This document shows, in pieces, positions 24,945-37,198 of a stretch of 64,000 bases of DNA; the first letter of the stretch is position 1, and each line of letters opens with the position of its first letter. This DNA is from Psilocybe cubensis (taxonomy: Eukaryota). The stretch lies in contig CM039003.1 in assembly GCA_017499595.2 (NCBI GenBank), positions 3,286,001 to 3,350,000 of the forward strand, given 5' to 3'. The position numbers were made by a program, and so were the translations under genes. A model generated the notes under the pieces. That model did not search any database. It saw nothing but the letters and a program-made list of their open reading frames with translations, and was not told the origin of the DNA.

Positions 24945-26164
24945 ATTTATGGATAGTGTAGATCTTTGAAGGCAGGCAGGCACTCGATAGCCGCGTAGTT
25001 CTATGTTATCTGTCTGAAATGAACTATTTGCCGTGGTTGAAATTCAAAAGAAAGATTTGATGAAATTCAATAGTTTCGATAAATCAGCACGAAAGAACGA
25101 CTATTTAAAGTGTGCATCTGGTTGTACCTACATCTCTCCTTTGAATGCTAGCAGGAAGTAACAGGCATAAACAAGGCGCAAAGGTGTGAAGACAAGACGA
25201 GGGTTTGTCCTGAAGGTGTTCAACAAACAAGCGCATGGGCCATGCGCACGGACCCGGTCCAGACTCTTCCTTTTTGGGAAATGAACTTGTACGCTTCGCA
25301 CTTGGGTCACGGTAATTGGTCTTGCTACAGAACCGCACCCTTTGTACAAAATCACAGAAAGCCTACAGATGTCGAAAGATGCTTCTCGTTAATCGCCTGC
25401 TCCTCAAGACAACTCACTCAGGTAATGTTATGATAGGGCGCCGTCACAAGTGACCTATCCGATGAACTGTTTGCTTCGCGACGTGTCACTGAATTACTCC
25501 CTTCCCTTTCAACTGCTGACCCTGGCATGGAAACATAGAGTAATTTTAGATAATTATCTGCTACTCTATTTTACACGCACCGTCACGAACCTGATCCTAT
25601 CCAACGGATCGCGACTCGCGAGATCAAACAGGATCAACCTAAAGGTTAGTCATACCATCCCAATCACACCCCTCTCACTCCCTTTCTGGCATGCACACGC
25701 ATCTCAAAGAACCCAAACCGCTTGACAGACATATTATTCGCAGACATAATATGCGCGAACAGATTCTCATCATACACCATCTGCGGACATTTCTCGTTGA
25801 TCGGGCAGAATCCAAGGTGGAGAGTGGGAAACGGTCAGTGAACTGCTAAATCAAAGTCACACCTCTGCATCCACATCAAGGTGTGTGCATCCCTCGTACA
25901 ACTGCCCCAAAAGCCGCTAATGTTCATTTCAGTTTCATCTTATTCACACTATAGTCACAAACTAAAAATATCTCATTTTCGGTCGATTTAGAATTGAAAA
26001 TTTAAAGTCTGCATTTGCACTCTTTCAACACCCCAACCACAACCACAACCTGATAAAAGCAGCTGTAAATCTCAAGTATCAGGAATACTACGTAAATGTA
26101 AGTCATAGCAGGAGTCAGCTTACACTATCTCGAGCGGCTGGCTTGCCGTCCGTGGGTCACCGTG

Positions 26165-26440
26165 TCAAACAGCACAACCTTGTAAGCAGGTCGTGCTTGC
26201 AGTAATACAAGCCAAGAGTGGAACGAGTGGGGAGGAGCTGCCGAGTGCGGAAGTTTCGCAGGTTATGAGGTCAGCGCTGCACGCTGCAAATTTTATTGAG
26301 GGACGGTTAAAATTGTGGTTTGTTAATGCAGAAACGGAAGGATAATAATTACCTGCTGCGCAGCTGGCGCAGTCTGCAGCAACGTATGGGACCATGAAGG
26401 ATGAGATGAGAGCTAATGCGATGGATGTGAAGGTCTTCAT
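26165..26440 (-). CDS. Small secreted Cys-rich peptide SSP-e (7 Cys in mature part)
   Basis: Intron 26284-26352. Product MKTFTSIALALISSFMVPYVAADCASCAAACSADLITCETSALGSSSPLVPLLACITASTTCLQGCAV*. TATAAAAAG lies about 80 bp upstream. Confidence 0.87.
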   Translation of the reverse strand: MKTFTSIALALISSFMVPYVAADCASCAAGNYYPSVSALTNHNFNRPSIKFAACSADLITCETSALGSSSPLVPLLACITASTTCLQGCAV

Positions 26441-28087
26441 TGTGTGCTTTGGATTAATTGCTTGCCGATTGGGTTCTGTGCTGGAAACAATGGGGTATCT
26501 GGAATGTTTGTAGGCTTTTTATATGGGTTTTGGGGGACTGGGACGAATATGGGTTTGTGTATGTTTGGGTTCTACGGGTTTTTGGTTTCGGCATTCTGTT
26601 GTATTGAACATTCGTTATAATTCCAGATACAGTCGTAATAATATTGAAAAACCTGGTCGCCGTCCACCGCCGCCTGAGTCCAGCTCACGTCAATTGCAGT
26701 TTGATATACCGAATGGCAGCATGTTTCGTTCAAAGTCAGCCAGCTGATCATCATACACAGAGTGGCGACAGATATTCAGTGTACCATGACCTACTACGCC
26801 GATGTCCTTAGAGTACGATAACCAAATTATATGACATAATTGAATGGATTGGCGTGAGCGCCCACGCTGTCCTACCGCTGTCGATTATCAAAGAGATCGC
26901 AATCATTCTCTCTCCAGAATCCGGAGTATGCGAAGTGCCTATTACGCTCACAGTTTTGTATATCACATTGTCTATCTCCTACCATTTTTCTATCTCCGTA
27001 CCCATGAAAAGGTCAAAAAATCACAATATCAAGAACAACGTAGCTGAAATAAACGCCTGCCCATGCAGGTTATGTCCGTCGAATGGGATTGGGCGTTGAT
27101 CATTCTCAAGTTATCTGGGATATATCTGTGCACCATTCCGGAGTATATCTACCCCGTTTAGTGGGAATATACTAACCACTTTTTGCAGACCGAATGTACG
27201 TATCTGTGAATCTCTACCTCAGGAACTGAGCGGCAAGATGAATATGTGTGCTTTATGACGTCAAGAACATCGTCATTCGACACTCATAGAAGGCTCGTAA
27301 TTGTATCGACTTGAAATTTTGGTTAGATGTTTTTGTGGCTCGATGTTTCATTGGTTATCGAGCGGCGAGATCCCTGATTCAATGACAATAAGTGAATGAG
27401 CAATAGGAATCACTTGGAAACTTTATCACTACCTAATGGGTCTTCATTGGCATGTAGATATGTCTCGATATGTCGATTTTCTAGTCCGATTCACGTATCT
27501 CATAAATTTGCCTGAACAGCATTACAGTAGAATGCAGAAAAGGAAATGAAATGAGAAGACAGAATGCCGGATCGGTAGCGCAGCCTTTTCCCGTTTATTA
27601 ACCCTGGTCCCAAATATATCACACTTGACGGCGATCATCGATCATCTCCTGGTGGGGGATCCTACTTGTATCCTGCAGTTTCTTCAGTAGCTAATTGTAT
27701 GTCCGAATAGGTCATATTGAGCTTATCTTCTGGTTAATTTCAAGCAAGTCGGGGGTTTTTTGCTATCGATAGTAAGCGCATCACGCGCTTTTTTGCATTC
27801 ACATTCTCTCGTAATAATGCTCAATTACTAACAGGAGGAGGCATTCGTTTAACATGTAGAGCACATTGTTATTTATACTCATTCACCCTAATTGAATGAA
27901 AAAAATCAAATATTCATGATCAATTTTAAAATTATGGTTTATTAACAATTTAAAGTCTGCATATGGAACTGCTGCAAAGCCACCATATAGAAGCGGCTGT
28001 CAATGTCAATCGTCAACAAAACCCTCTAAATAATTGTATGAAACACTTACACTACCGTGACCGTTTGATTCATCCGTAGCTGCTGCT

Positions 28088-28361
28088 TTAAACGGCGCAG
28101 CCTGACATGCAGGTCGTGCTGTCGTCGATGCAGCTTGCCAGAGCAGTGACGGGATCGGAGCTTGCAAGCGCACCCGTCTGGCATAACAAGAGCGTAGTGC
28201 TACAACCTGTATTTCATTCGAAGAGGATAAAAATGACGGCTTTAGTTATGAAGACGAGTATGATAACCACCTGCGACACATGTAGAACAGCTTGCTGCGA
28301 CATATTGCACCATAAAGACGCTTGAGACGAAGGCGAAAATGATGGAGGTGAATGCCTTCAT
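28088..28361 (-). CDS. Small secreted Cys-rich peptide SSP-f (7 Cys in mature part)
   Basis: Intron 28207-28270. Product MKAFTSIIFAFVSSVFMVQYVAASCSTCVAGCSTTLLLCQTGALASSDPVTALASCIDDSTTCMSGCAV*. Confidence 0.87.
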
Positions 28362-30036
28362 GGCGTGGTTTGTTTGAATTGTTTGTTGCGACTTGGTTTG
28401 AGTGCTGGAACAATGTGTATTTCTGATATACTTGTGGGCTTTTATAGGTATTTCAAAAGCCTAAGACCTGATAAAAATGTGTGAATTTTCGTTCAAGCGC
28501 TGTGTCTGTTTCGGAAGGTCAATAGTATTGCCATAATTCATTCACTTCCATCATTTGAATTTTCTCAATCAGAAACCACAGTATGAGTTAATATTACGAT
28601 GCTATTCACTGGTAACTGACTCCAACCAGCTTCACGTAAATTGGAGTTTGACATAAGGAATGGTAGCGTAATGAATAAATTGCATGTGACCGTTCATCGC
28701 ATCGGTCATCCTCTCATCGAGGTCTGTGCCTCTCGACAGAGCTTTGCGCACACCAAGAGATACAGCACCATCTCTGAATTTCAAATTTCTCATCGGGCCT
28801 TTTCAGCTGCATGCTATGTCCGTCAAATTGATTTTTATAGTGTCCCTCAATGACCAAGAATTGAAAAGATATATCCAAGGTATCTCTGCTAGATGCTGAG
28901 ATACCTAGCAATTGTGATTGAATATGTTAACAAAGGGTCGATGGCGCTAAGACACCGAGATAACTATGAGTATGACGTCAAAAGCGGCCTCATTTACCTT
29001 CACTGAGTACCCATTGAACCAGAACGTTACTGGCGAAGGCTCACGCAACGTTAACGAAACCTGTAACTTGTCCTAATGGGTATGTTGTGTTCTGTCTATC
29101 GTGAGTAAAGACATATGCTACAAAGGGTTACGCAAGGTTCATCAAATGGCGAATGGCAGATTCTGATCGCCGTTCAAACCTGCTATGGTATAGTGTATTG
29201 CAGTACAACTGATATTGTCAAGGTAGAGCTAAGACACCAGGAACACAACTGCGCTTTAGGACACATGTACAGTACAGTCCGGCTGGTCAGTATATCAATA
29301 ATCACTTCGAATCAATAGTCCATGGTATGAGCATGCGATCTAGCAGGATCTAGCGTATCTCAAGGTCACTGAGCTGGTTTCGGTTCGTGGTAGTGTGGTC
29401 AGTTTGTCGTTCTTGTAATAATTTTGTATAAAAACAATCGTATTAACATACGCTTTCTAATATGTCGGAAATATGTATGAAAGTTCACAACTAACCGTTT
29501 TCTCATGATTCACACCAATAGTTGATAAGAAAAAAATTGCTTTGCAACGCGTACATACAGTCAGGTGGGTAGAAGATCCAAAGAAAACAAGAAAAATGAA
29601 TGGGTAGCTACGGATTGACATGAAGGTGACTCGAAGTAAGGGTCTGGACCCCCGTTGGGCGCAGCAGGCACGGACCATGGTTCGTGCATTTATTTGGCTA
29701 TCTACATTAAACTAAACATCTGATCTCTCCGGATGATCCCGATGATAAGGCATTGTTGGACATTGCTCATACGCAGCGCTCACTGAAGGACATTGTGGAT
29801 TCTGCGAATTCCCCTCTAACTCACAATAAGGCCAATGGAAACATATTTATCATCCAAAATAAATTTCACATTTCATATATTTCATATTCACTAAACTTTA
29901 AAGTCTGCCTGTGGTCTCTTCAAGTTTCACCACCTCCAAAAAAGCAGCTGCATATTTAGTTATTAAGAGCGTCTGCCCCGACAGATATATCAGACTTACA
30001 CTATTGTGAGCATTTAACGTCGCCAAACATATTTCC

Positions 30037-31608
30037 TCAAGGGAGAGTGCAACCCCTTGTGCAGTCCGTGTAGGCAGAGGCACAGGTCGCAATAGCGGTA
30101 ACTGGATCACTGCTTGCGAGTGCACCCACATTGCACGTTGTGAGCGTTGTAACGCATCCTGCCATTTAGAAGACAGAGAGTTAGAGTCTATATCCTGGAG
30201 TGTATGTACGAAGCAATAATCCTTACCTGTACATCAGCAAAAGTGACCAGACCCCCAAATGCCTTGGGAGCCTTATAAGGCATGCCAATGTTTTACGTGA
30301 CACAGTAATGTCACGCAAAACATTTGGGCAACATTTGGGAACACTCAAATCATTTGGTGGTCATTTGGAGGCCCCACAAACATTTTTGAAGCACAAAACA
30401 AGCACCAAATAATTTCTAGTAACTACAATTTACAAAAAAAATTCGTACACTGTGCAACCTTGAAGGAATCATTTAACAAAATTAAAAGAGGTCACAAAAC
30501 ATTTGGTTTTACACTTCGGTTATGAGAAATGTTTACAGGACTTTCAAATGCTGATGAAATAATTCATCCACACCAAAATTTACTGGATATACAGCCACAT
30601 TAGTTCTAATTAGAATTCTGTACAGTTGGTCACCCGGTCTGTACAATTTCTCGACTGTCAACGAAGTCACAATGCGATCAGCGTGAATCGGAGTGAATCG
30701 GAGATCAAATATTTGTTTGTTTGTGCATAATAATCTCTTTCAACCCCCGTTTCTTTCTTTCCACATACTCTCATGTTCACTACTCCGGCGACGCTTGGTG
30801 GGACTTGGGCTTGGACTTTTCAACTCTAAGTCTTCGTATATCATAGCTGAATCTAACTCACAGGTAATTCTGCCACTTCCTTTCTGATTAGATCATCCTC
30901 AACTGACCATGTATCTGCCTTTCCGTAGACCGTTCTCCTTCTGCCTTAGATCTACTGGATATCCGGCTTGGTATATAATCATTCACTAGTTCCCAAACTT
31001 TTAGGTGAGTATATGCGCACTTCTGCACACACACCTTGCTTACATCATGCAACCAAAGTAGCTCCTATAATTCATGGGTACCATCTATTGATGACATCAT
31101 CTCAGCATCATTTTGTTATTTAACCACTTTCTCGCTTCTCTGTACCTTTTGGAGTCATGTTGTAGTATAAGTTTTCTTAATGCAACAAGTTCTTTTTACT
31201 TGCTATGATAATCTGAGGGATCCACTAAATAAGGAACCATGTGAACAGTGTAAAACATTTAAACACTGGAAAATGTTTGCCAAATGTTTTTGGGACTCCC
31301 AAATGTTGCCTAAATGTTACGGACACTCTCAAATTTTAACCAAATGATTTGGCTATATTTAGTACTACCTAAATCATTTCCTTGGAATAAATAATTCGAA
31401 GCCTTTCAGTCTTCGGAGTCTCTCGTTACGAACCGCACAATGCCTTTCGGGCATTGGGGCCTTTGGACGCCTCCAAATGCCTTGTCAAGGCATTTGGGGA
31501 TCCGAGCACTTTTGCTGATGTAATGCAGGTAGCGTACGATGCGGCAACGTATGGTACCATGACGGAGCATGATACGAGTGCGAGAGCTATAGAGCTGAAG
31601 GCCTTCAT
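30037..31608 (-). pseudogene. SSP-g, disrupted by a transposon insertion at the end of exon 1
   Basis: Removing 30232-31520 plus one TA restores MKAFSSIALALVSCSVMVPYVAASYATCITGCVTTLTTCNVGALASSDPVTAIATCASAYTDCTRGCTLP*. Confidence 0.87.
30232..31520. mobile_element. 1289-bp non-autonomous DNA transposon with TA TSD (Tc1/mariner-like)
   Basis: TIR CATCAGCAAAAGTG..CCCCAAATGCCTTG at both ends, TA flanking both sides (30230-31 and 31521-22), subterminal CAAAT/ATTTG repeats, and no long ORF. Confidence 0.9.
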
Positions 31609-33158
31609 TGGATTCTTTGGTAGAGTTGTTTGAGTCTGACTTGAGGTGAGAAACAATCTCTCTTTTATACACATTTTTAAGCGCAATATTTATTATTGGC
31701 TGGTGCATTTTTGTTCAAAAGTGTGTTTTGGGTTTCAGCCTCCTGCCGTATTACTTCTATTGTCTTATCTTTACGGCCACTTACCTGATTACTCTCCTTG
31801 TCTCAGTCGTTCAAGAATTTTACTTAGATATTTTCTACTGCTTGACAGAAAGTCACGTACAAGAAAGGTTTGACTTACTAAATAACAAAATGATACTCAA
31901 TTCCATCAGTAACCCTTTCCTCTAAACCTCAACCAGGTGACTATCTTCTACGTATCGATAGACGCCACCATTCCGTGAGAAGCGCCCGCTTTGCCTTGTA
32001 CGTGCAACTCCACTTTGACAAATCTCAACAATGCCACAATCATATTTCCACACAACCATATGAAGTGTAGACCTATTAGTTTTCAGCTTATCGTGTTTAT
32101 CAATATGCATGTCGGACAGTCTAACATTTAGCATGAATTCTAACCCATAAAATAACGACCACATACCAATATAACACCTCTGAATCGAGTTTCCGCGTCA
32201 GTCACAGGTCATTGTCTTCCTCATAGAATAACTCGCGATATCTCAACACGATCACTGGCATATCCCCAGATCGAGATTGCATTGATCAATCTAGGGAAAT
32301 TGCTACTCAATGTTGAAATTACGAGATACACAGTCAATTGAAAACATGTCACTTCCCGCAGGCCAACGGATTCGATCGAAATGTGTGAAGGCAAGGTACC
32401 GAGACGACTATGACGTCAAATCCATCGTCATTCATAGATCCACCATCACTCACGGTTTCAAGGAAGGATTGATGGGCCTCGGTTGCCGAGTTCTCTTACG
32501 ATATGTTGAATGAATTGGATGAATTTGATCTGGAAGGCTCGCGGAATGAAAACTCTAACATTTCTTAATGGGGCAACTTTCTTGTCCATCGTTTTGATTG
32601 ACATATCTCGGAAGTTTTATTTGTACAATCGCCGTAAAGCGTGGCGTACATAGTGTTGTAGAACGTCAAAGTGGAGCTGAACGGTACTGTATAGCTTGCT
32701 TTGATTGGCTGGGTGAAGGTTAAAGATTTTTGGCCAGAAGATGTACAATTCATTAGGGGATCAGATGGTACTACTTGAGAGTCACCAAACATCCGCTAAA
32801 ACAGTCTTCTTAGATGAGTAACGGCGTGCTGTATTGGGGTTAAATCACGGTCAGATGAACAGCGTTGATTATTGCATTGTTTTTTCTTTCGAACTTGAAT
32901 TTACGTGAACTTGTGCTCAATGTGGGTGAAGGCATTGAATCCCATCTCATAAAGTTATACCTGAATGACAAATTGAAGTACAAGGCAGCCGTAACGGAAC
33001 TAAAACAACATCAATTCAACACGAATCTGAAATGGTGTTTACAAGTACAGAGTGGGACAGCACGCTCACCCAAATCGCATAAAAGACGAGCCATATTCCA
33101 GAATCCTCATCGTTTCAACTCACAAACAAGTCGTAAACGGTTCCAACAATCTCACACA

Positions 33159-33438
33159 ATGAAGACCTTCACCTCCATCTCACTTGCCCTCGTCTCATGC
33201 TCTCTCCTCGTGCCGTTTGCCGCAGCGGACTTGACCACATGTGTCTCAGGTGACGATTATTATCTTTACTCTCCAACTACGAGCGAACGACTGACCTGAC
33301 GTTAAATCCTGGGCCATAGCATGTGTTACTACTCTCGTCACATGCAACACGCTCGCGCTCGCAAGTTCGAATCCAACAGTTGCTATTGCGACATGCGCCT
33401 CTGGCTACTCGACCTGCACATCGGCGTGTGTTGTGTAA
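33159..33438 (+). CDS. Small secreted 6-Cys peptide SSP-h
   Basis: Intron 33250-33319. Product MKTFTSISLALVSCSLLVPFAAADLTTCVSACVTTLVTCNTLALASSNPTVAIATCASGYSTCTSACVV*. Confidence 0.87.
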
Positions 33439-35192
33439 ATGAGATTTCACTTGCCTATCGAGTCCAACCGACTGGCAGTGTACGTTTATCTTCTTATCGG
33501 TTATCTTTCATTTAACGTCTGATTGTTATTGTTCAACAGCTGCCTTTCTTTCCGGGATGGGGTACGGGTTGACAGGGAGACTATAAATCTGAATAAATGT
33601 TTTAATTGTGGCCTTTAAATACGAAAACAAATATATTCCCGCAGCGGTTTGTGTGTAACTGCAAGTCCAATTATTGCTGATACACCCGGAGGCGCCCGGG
33701 TGACATCGTGGTGGCTTGATTGAACTGTACAGTTGCTGTACGGCACGGAGACTAAACTTCCCACAGTCAATCGCAGAGTCACTAACTTCTGCGAAGTTTC
33801 GCTACATTTTTACCTCACGGCTCTGTGTCTTTTCTTATTTGACGCATGTACGCTTGTTCTGTGCATATTCAACTATCACGGTTACAACTAGACGTCTCTC
33901 CCGCTCTCCCGCTCTCATGTGTCTACAGATTTCTCTGGTCTTTTGGCGAATTCGAATCCGCGGCGATCTCACTGTTGCATGACATACAATTCGACCACGC
34001 CGTACCGCACTGTACTGAATGTAGCCGAGATGAGCTTGGAGCTATGGACACTGTCGCTTTGATTTAGGAGTCATGCATCATGGCTCATCAGGATACATTA
34101 CCCAATCTTGGACTGCTTCCTTTATCATGGTACGGCTGTTTCATATCTCAGATGGGATTCTGTGTTCTACCAGGAGACACCTCTCGTTCAGTGATATCCT
34201 TATCGCACATATTCCGTCTTCCTGGTCCCTTGAAGGTGTCCAATTGATGCATCAATAAAGACCTCCTGAATCGCGGAGTGTCCGTATGGATCATAATCAG
34301 TCGACTTTAAGGTACAGGGAGACAGAATAGAATCGAATGGGTTTACTTGGGTATGTGTGTTCTCTGTGAGAAACCTTTAAATCCTGGATGGCGGAATCAG
34401 ACCTATGTATATGCGCATATTTTTTGGAAGAACGTGAGTGACGTCTCTCTGAACAACTGTTCAAGAAAAATGCAGGTTGTCGGCGTCCGCTTACGCATGG
34501 GCATTAAACGAACTCGGACTAGCCTATCTGAGGAGGATGGTGAACATTGGTTAATAGCAGGACTATATGTTTGACATTGTCACTCGGCCCTGGTATTCTC
34601 GATACTCTTGTTTCATTGCCTCCACAGATATCAGCGACCGTGTTCAACAATTAGCCTGGGGTGCGTGTGAGGATCGAGTCAGTGGGAGAGTGTTGAGATT
34701 TAGTTCGCCTTATTACATCAAGCTCATTGATATGTGAGAAGAGTACAGCGAGTCGTGTGGAAGGCATTGAACGGGAAAAGCATACACCAGCCGATACCTC
34801 TCGGCGCGGTCACCTCCAAATCAATTGTCCTGCGTATCCTTTGGATGTAACCTCCGCTGGAAATGTGGCCTTGTTGATGCGTCGGTGGGCAGCACCCCGA
34901 GACATTGTCATTGCGTCAGTAATTCAGTGCGCTGCGTCACAAAGCAATCCTCACCCTCGGTAGTGAGAGGTCTATCAGCACAATAGCGTATAGACCCAAA
35001 TGACTCCAAGTTACCCAAGTACTATATTGTAACCAAATTTGCATAGTCTCTTCCGCGGGCGCATTAGGCATTTTGTATTGGCTCGGAAGTAGTTTAAACG
35101 TCCATTAAATGTCATTAGAAGGTTCACAATACATCCGCACTCACTGTGAACAAAAATTTAAAACACAATTGAAACAAATCGAAAAACTATTG

Positions 35193-35322
35193 CGACGCCA
35201 GCAGGATTTGAACCTGCGCCCTCAAAGAGGAACAGATATCAGAACTGAAATGACGATCTCGGGAAGAGACAACGTGCATTTGAAATTCTAATCTGTCGCC
35301 GTAACCACTTGGCTATAGCGCC
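35193..35322 (-). tRNA. tRNA-Ser(AGA) with intron of about 50 nt
   Basis: GGCGCTATAGCCAAGTGGTTACGGCG-ACAGA-TT-AGA-A[intron]A-TCTGT, a long variable arm CCTCTTTGAGG, T-arm GCAGGTTCAAATCCTGC, discriminator G, and a downstream T-run. Confidence 0.92.
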
Positions 35323-36258
35323 TTGTATACATAGGCCGGACGGGGTTTCCTGGCGCTCGAACCAACTCGGTCGACGACTTCTCGTATTTATCTAACGCTG
35401 TACCCACGTAGAAATACAGTTGGAACAACGTTGGACATTCACTGGGCCTTTGTTGTCTTCGCATAGCCGTGGGCTCTTCCGGAAATTGACGACATCAACT
35501 TCGTGGGACTCAGTGTTGACATTGACAAATCACAAATAAAATCTGTTCCAGATGTGCTGTCTGATGCTTGATTTACGGATATCATGATGTGGAGCAGAGA
35601 TAATCAAGGCATGATACCTCGAAAGGATTATAGATTCTCAAAATTGATTTGGGGCTCCACAAAACGACCCTGACGCACTTATCGTACGACCTCATACTCT
35701 AAAGAAAGCTTCGACGGCCTCAATATGCGCACACCTCTGAGAAAAGCACCAATACCAAGAGGGTTTCAGCTCCAACAAGGCGGTTCCGGTTGTTGGAGAT
35801 TATTCTCAGCTGGATGGTTGTGAGGAGATCAAACGAGTTTGATCCGGGTCTATGAGAGGAAAGGAGACTCGCGCGTCGCGTCGCGCAGATTAGATTAGAT
35901 ATGCTTCGCATCTCATGAAAGGCCTTTGTCTGTTAGCTCGTATATAGTTCTCGCTCGCGTTTTTTTCCCCTTCTTCATCTCTCTTCTTACTCACACAGCT
36001 CGTTAGGCTCTGCCTAGAGCTTGTTTTTGCTTCTTTAGCCATTCCGGCACGTCTTAGAGACGCTCGTGGCCGTTTCCTCCCCGGCGCTCTTGCTGTTCAA
36101 TCTTCGTCCTCTGACAGTGAAAGCGCCTCGTTTCCCTCTTCTCCCGACTCCGATCAGTCTGCGGACGACGAGGCTCTCTTGGTTTCTGCGCTCCTGAACG
36201 TCTCCCTTTCATCTCCCACACCATCTTCAGTGTCTTCCCTTTCATCACCCGCATCAAT

Positions 36259-37192
36259 CATGTCCGGCTCCAGCTCTGGTGAAGGCAACCCTGCCAGTCT
36301 CGGTTTGGGTTTTGGCACGGGCCTCAATCTCACCAACGAGCAGTTCAACATCTTGCTCGAGCGTGGCCTGATCGGCTCGCCTCGCGTCGAGATCCCGCCG
36401 GTCGCCCCCACGGCATCGGTTGCGCCTGCTCCTGTAGCGATGCAGATCCCGCCTTTCATCAGCAATGCAACGTCGAACCAAGCTAGCAGTGAGTCTCTCG
36501 TTGACCTTTTTCCCGATGTTCCACGCTCCACCATACTGGAGATTGTCCAGTTTACGTTCCACCCTCTCAACTTGAATAAGCTGGATCTGTCTGCGCATGA
36601 AAAGGTTCACGATGCACGCTCGTCTCTGGTTCTTGAGAATGACAGCATCACTGTCAAGCCTCGCGTGGGCTCTGCAAAGGACTATCCCACTCTCCAGTCT
36701 CTGCTCGAGCCCCTTTTCATCTATTTCAACATCTTGGGCCAATATGCTGCGTCATCCGGGTCGGCGGCGGCGACGGGCGAGATCATCTCCGCCTTTTCTC
36801 ATTACTGTGCGCAGATCACGACGTTCAGTCGTACGTATCAATGGCATGCGGTCCTTGCGTATCATCAGCGCTTTTTCTTGCGCCGTTCCAAGGAGATGTC
36901 GCACGGTGATTTTTCTGGGTGGAAGGTTCCCGATGCAGCACTGCAGGCTATCTGCCTGACACCTCACGCCCGCCCTCTTTCTGCGGCGGCGCCTAAGGGT
37001 CGTTCGGGCACTGCAGGATCAGCGGGTTCATCATCCTCATCCTCTTCGAAGACCCCGGTGGCACAGCAGACGTGCTTCAATTTCAATCGTGGCACCTGCA
37101 AGTCGTTGCCCTGCCCTGCCAGCCGCCTGCATAAGTGTCAGGCTTGTGGATCAGAGGACCATGGTAAGCCTGACTGCACTCGTAGCGGGTAG
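36259..37192 (+). CDS. Ngaro gag-like ORF1
   Basis: YQWHAVLAYHQRF motif and C-terminal Zn finger CFNFNRGTC..C..HKCQACGSEDHGKPDC. Confidence 0.82.
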
Positions 37193-37198
37193 GGACGC

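Noticed and set aside
30700-31200. Transposase remnant inside the TA-TSD element
   Set aside because: Multiple stops and no recognisable DDE or HTH motifs by eye.
11590-33438. Peptides as hydrophobins or CSab defensins
   Set aside because: They have six core Cys with no CC doublets and no CxC motif, so the spacing fits neither family.
33700-34300. Hydrophobic ORF fragments suggesting a decayed membrane-protein gene
   Set aside because: No consistent exon chain or diagnostic motif could be assembled.
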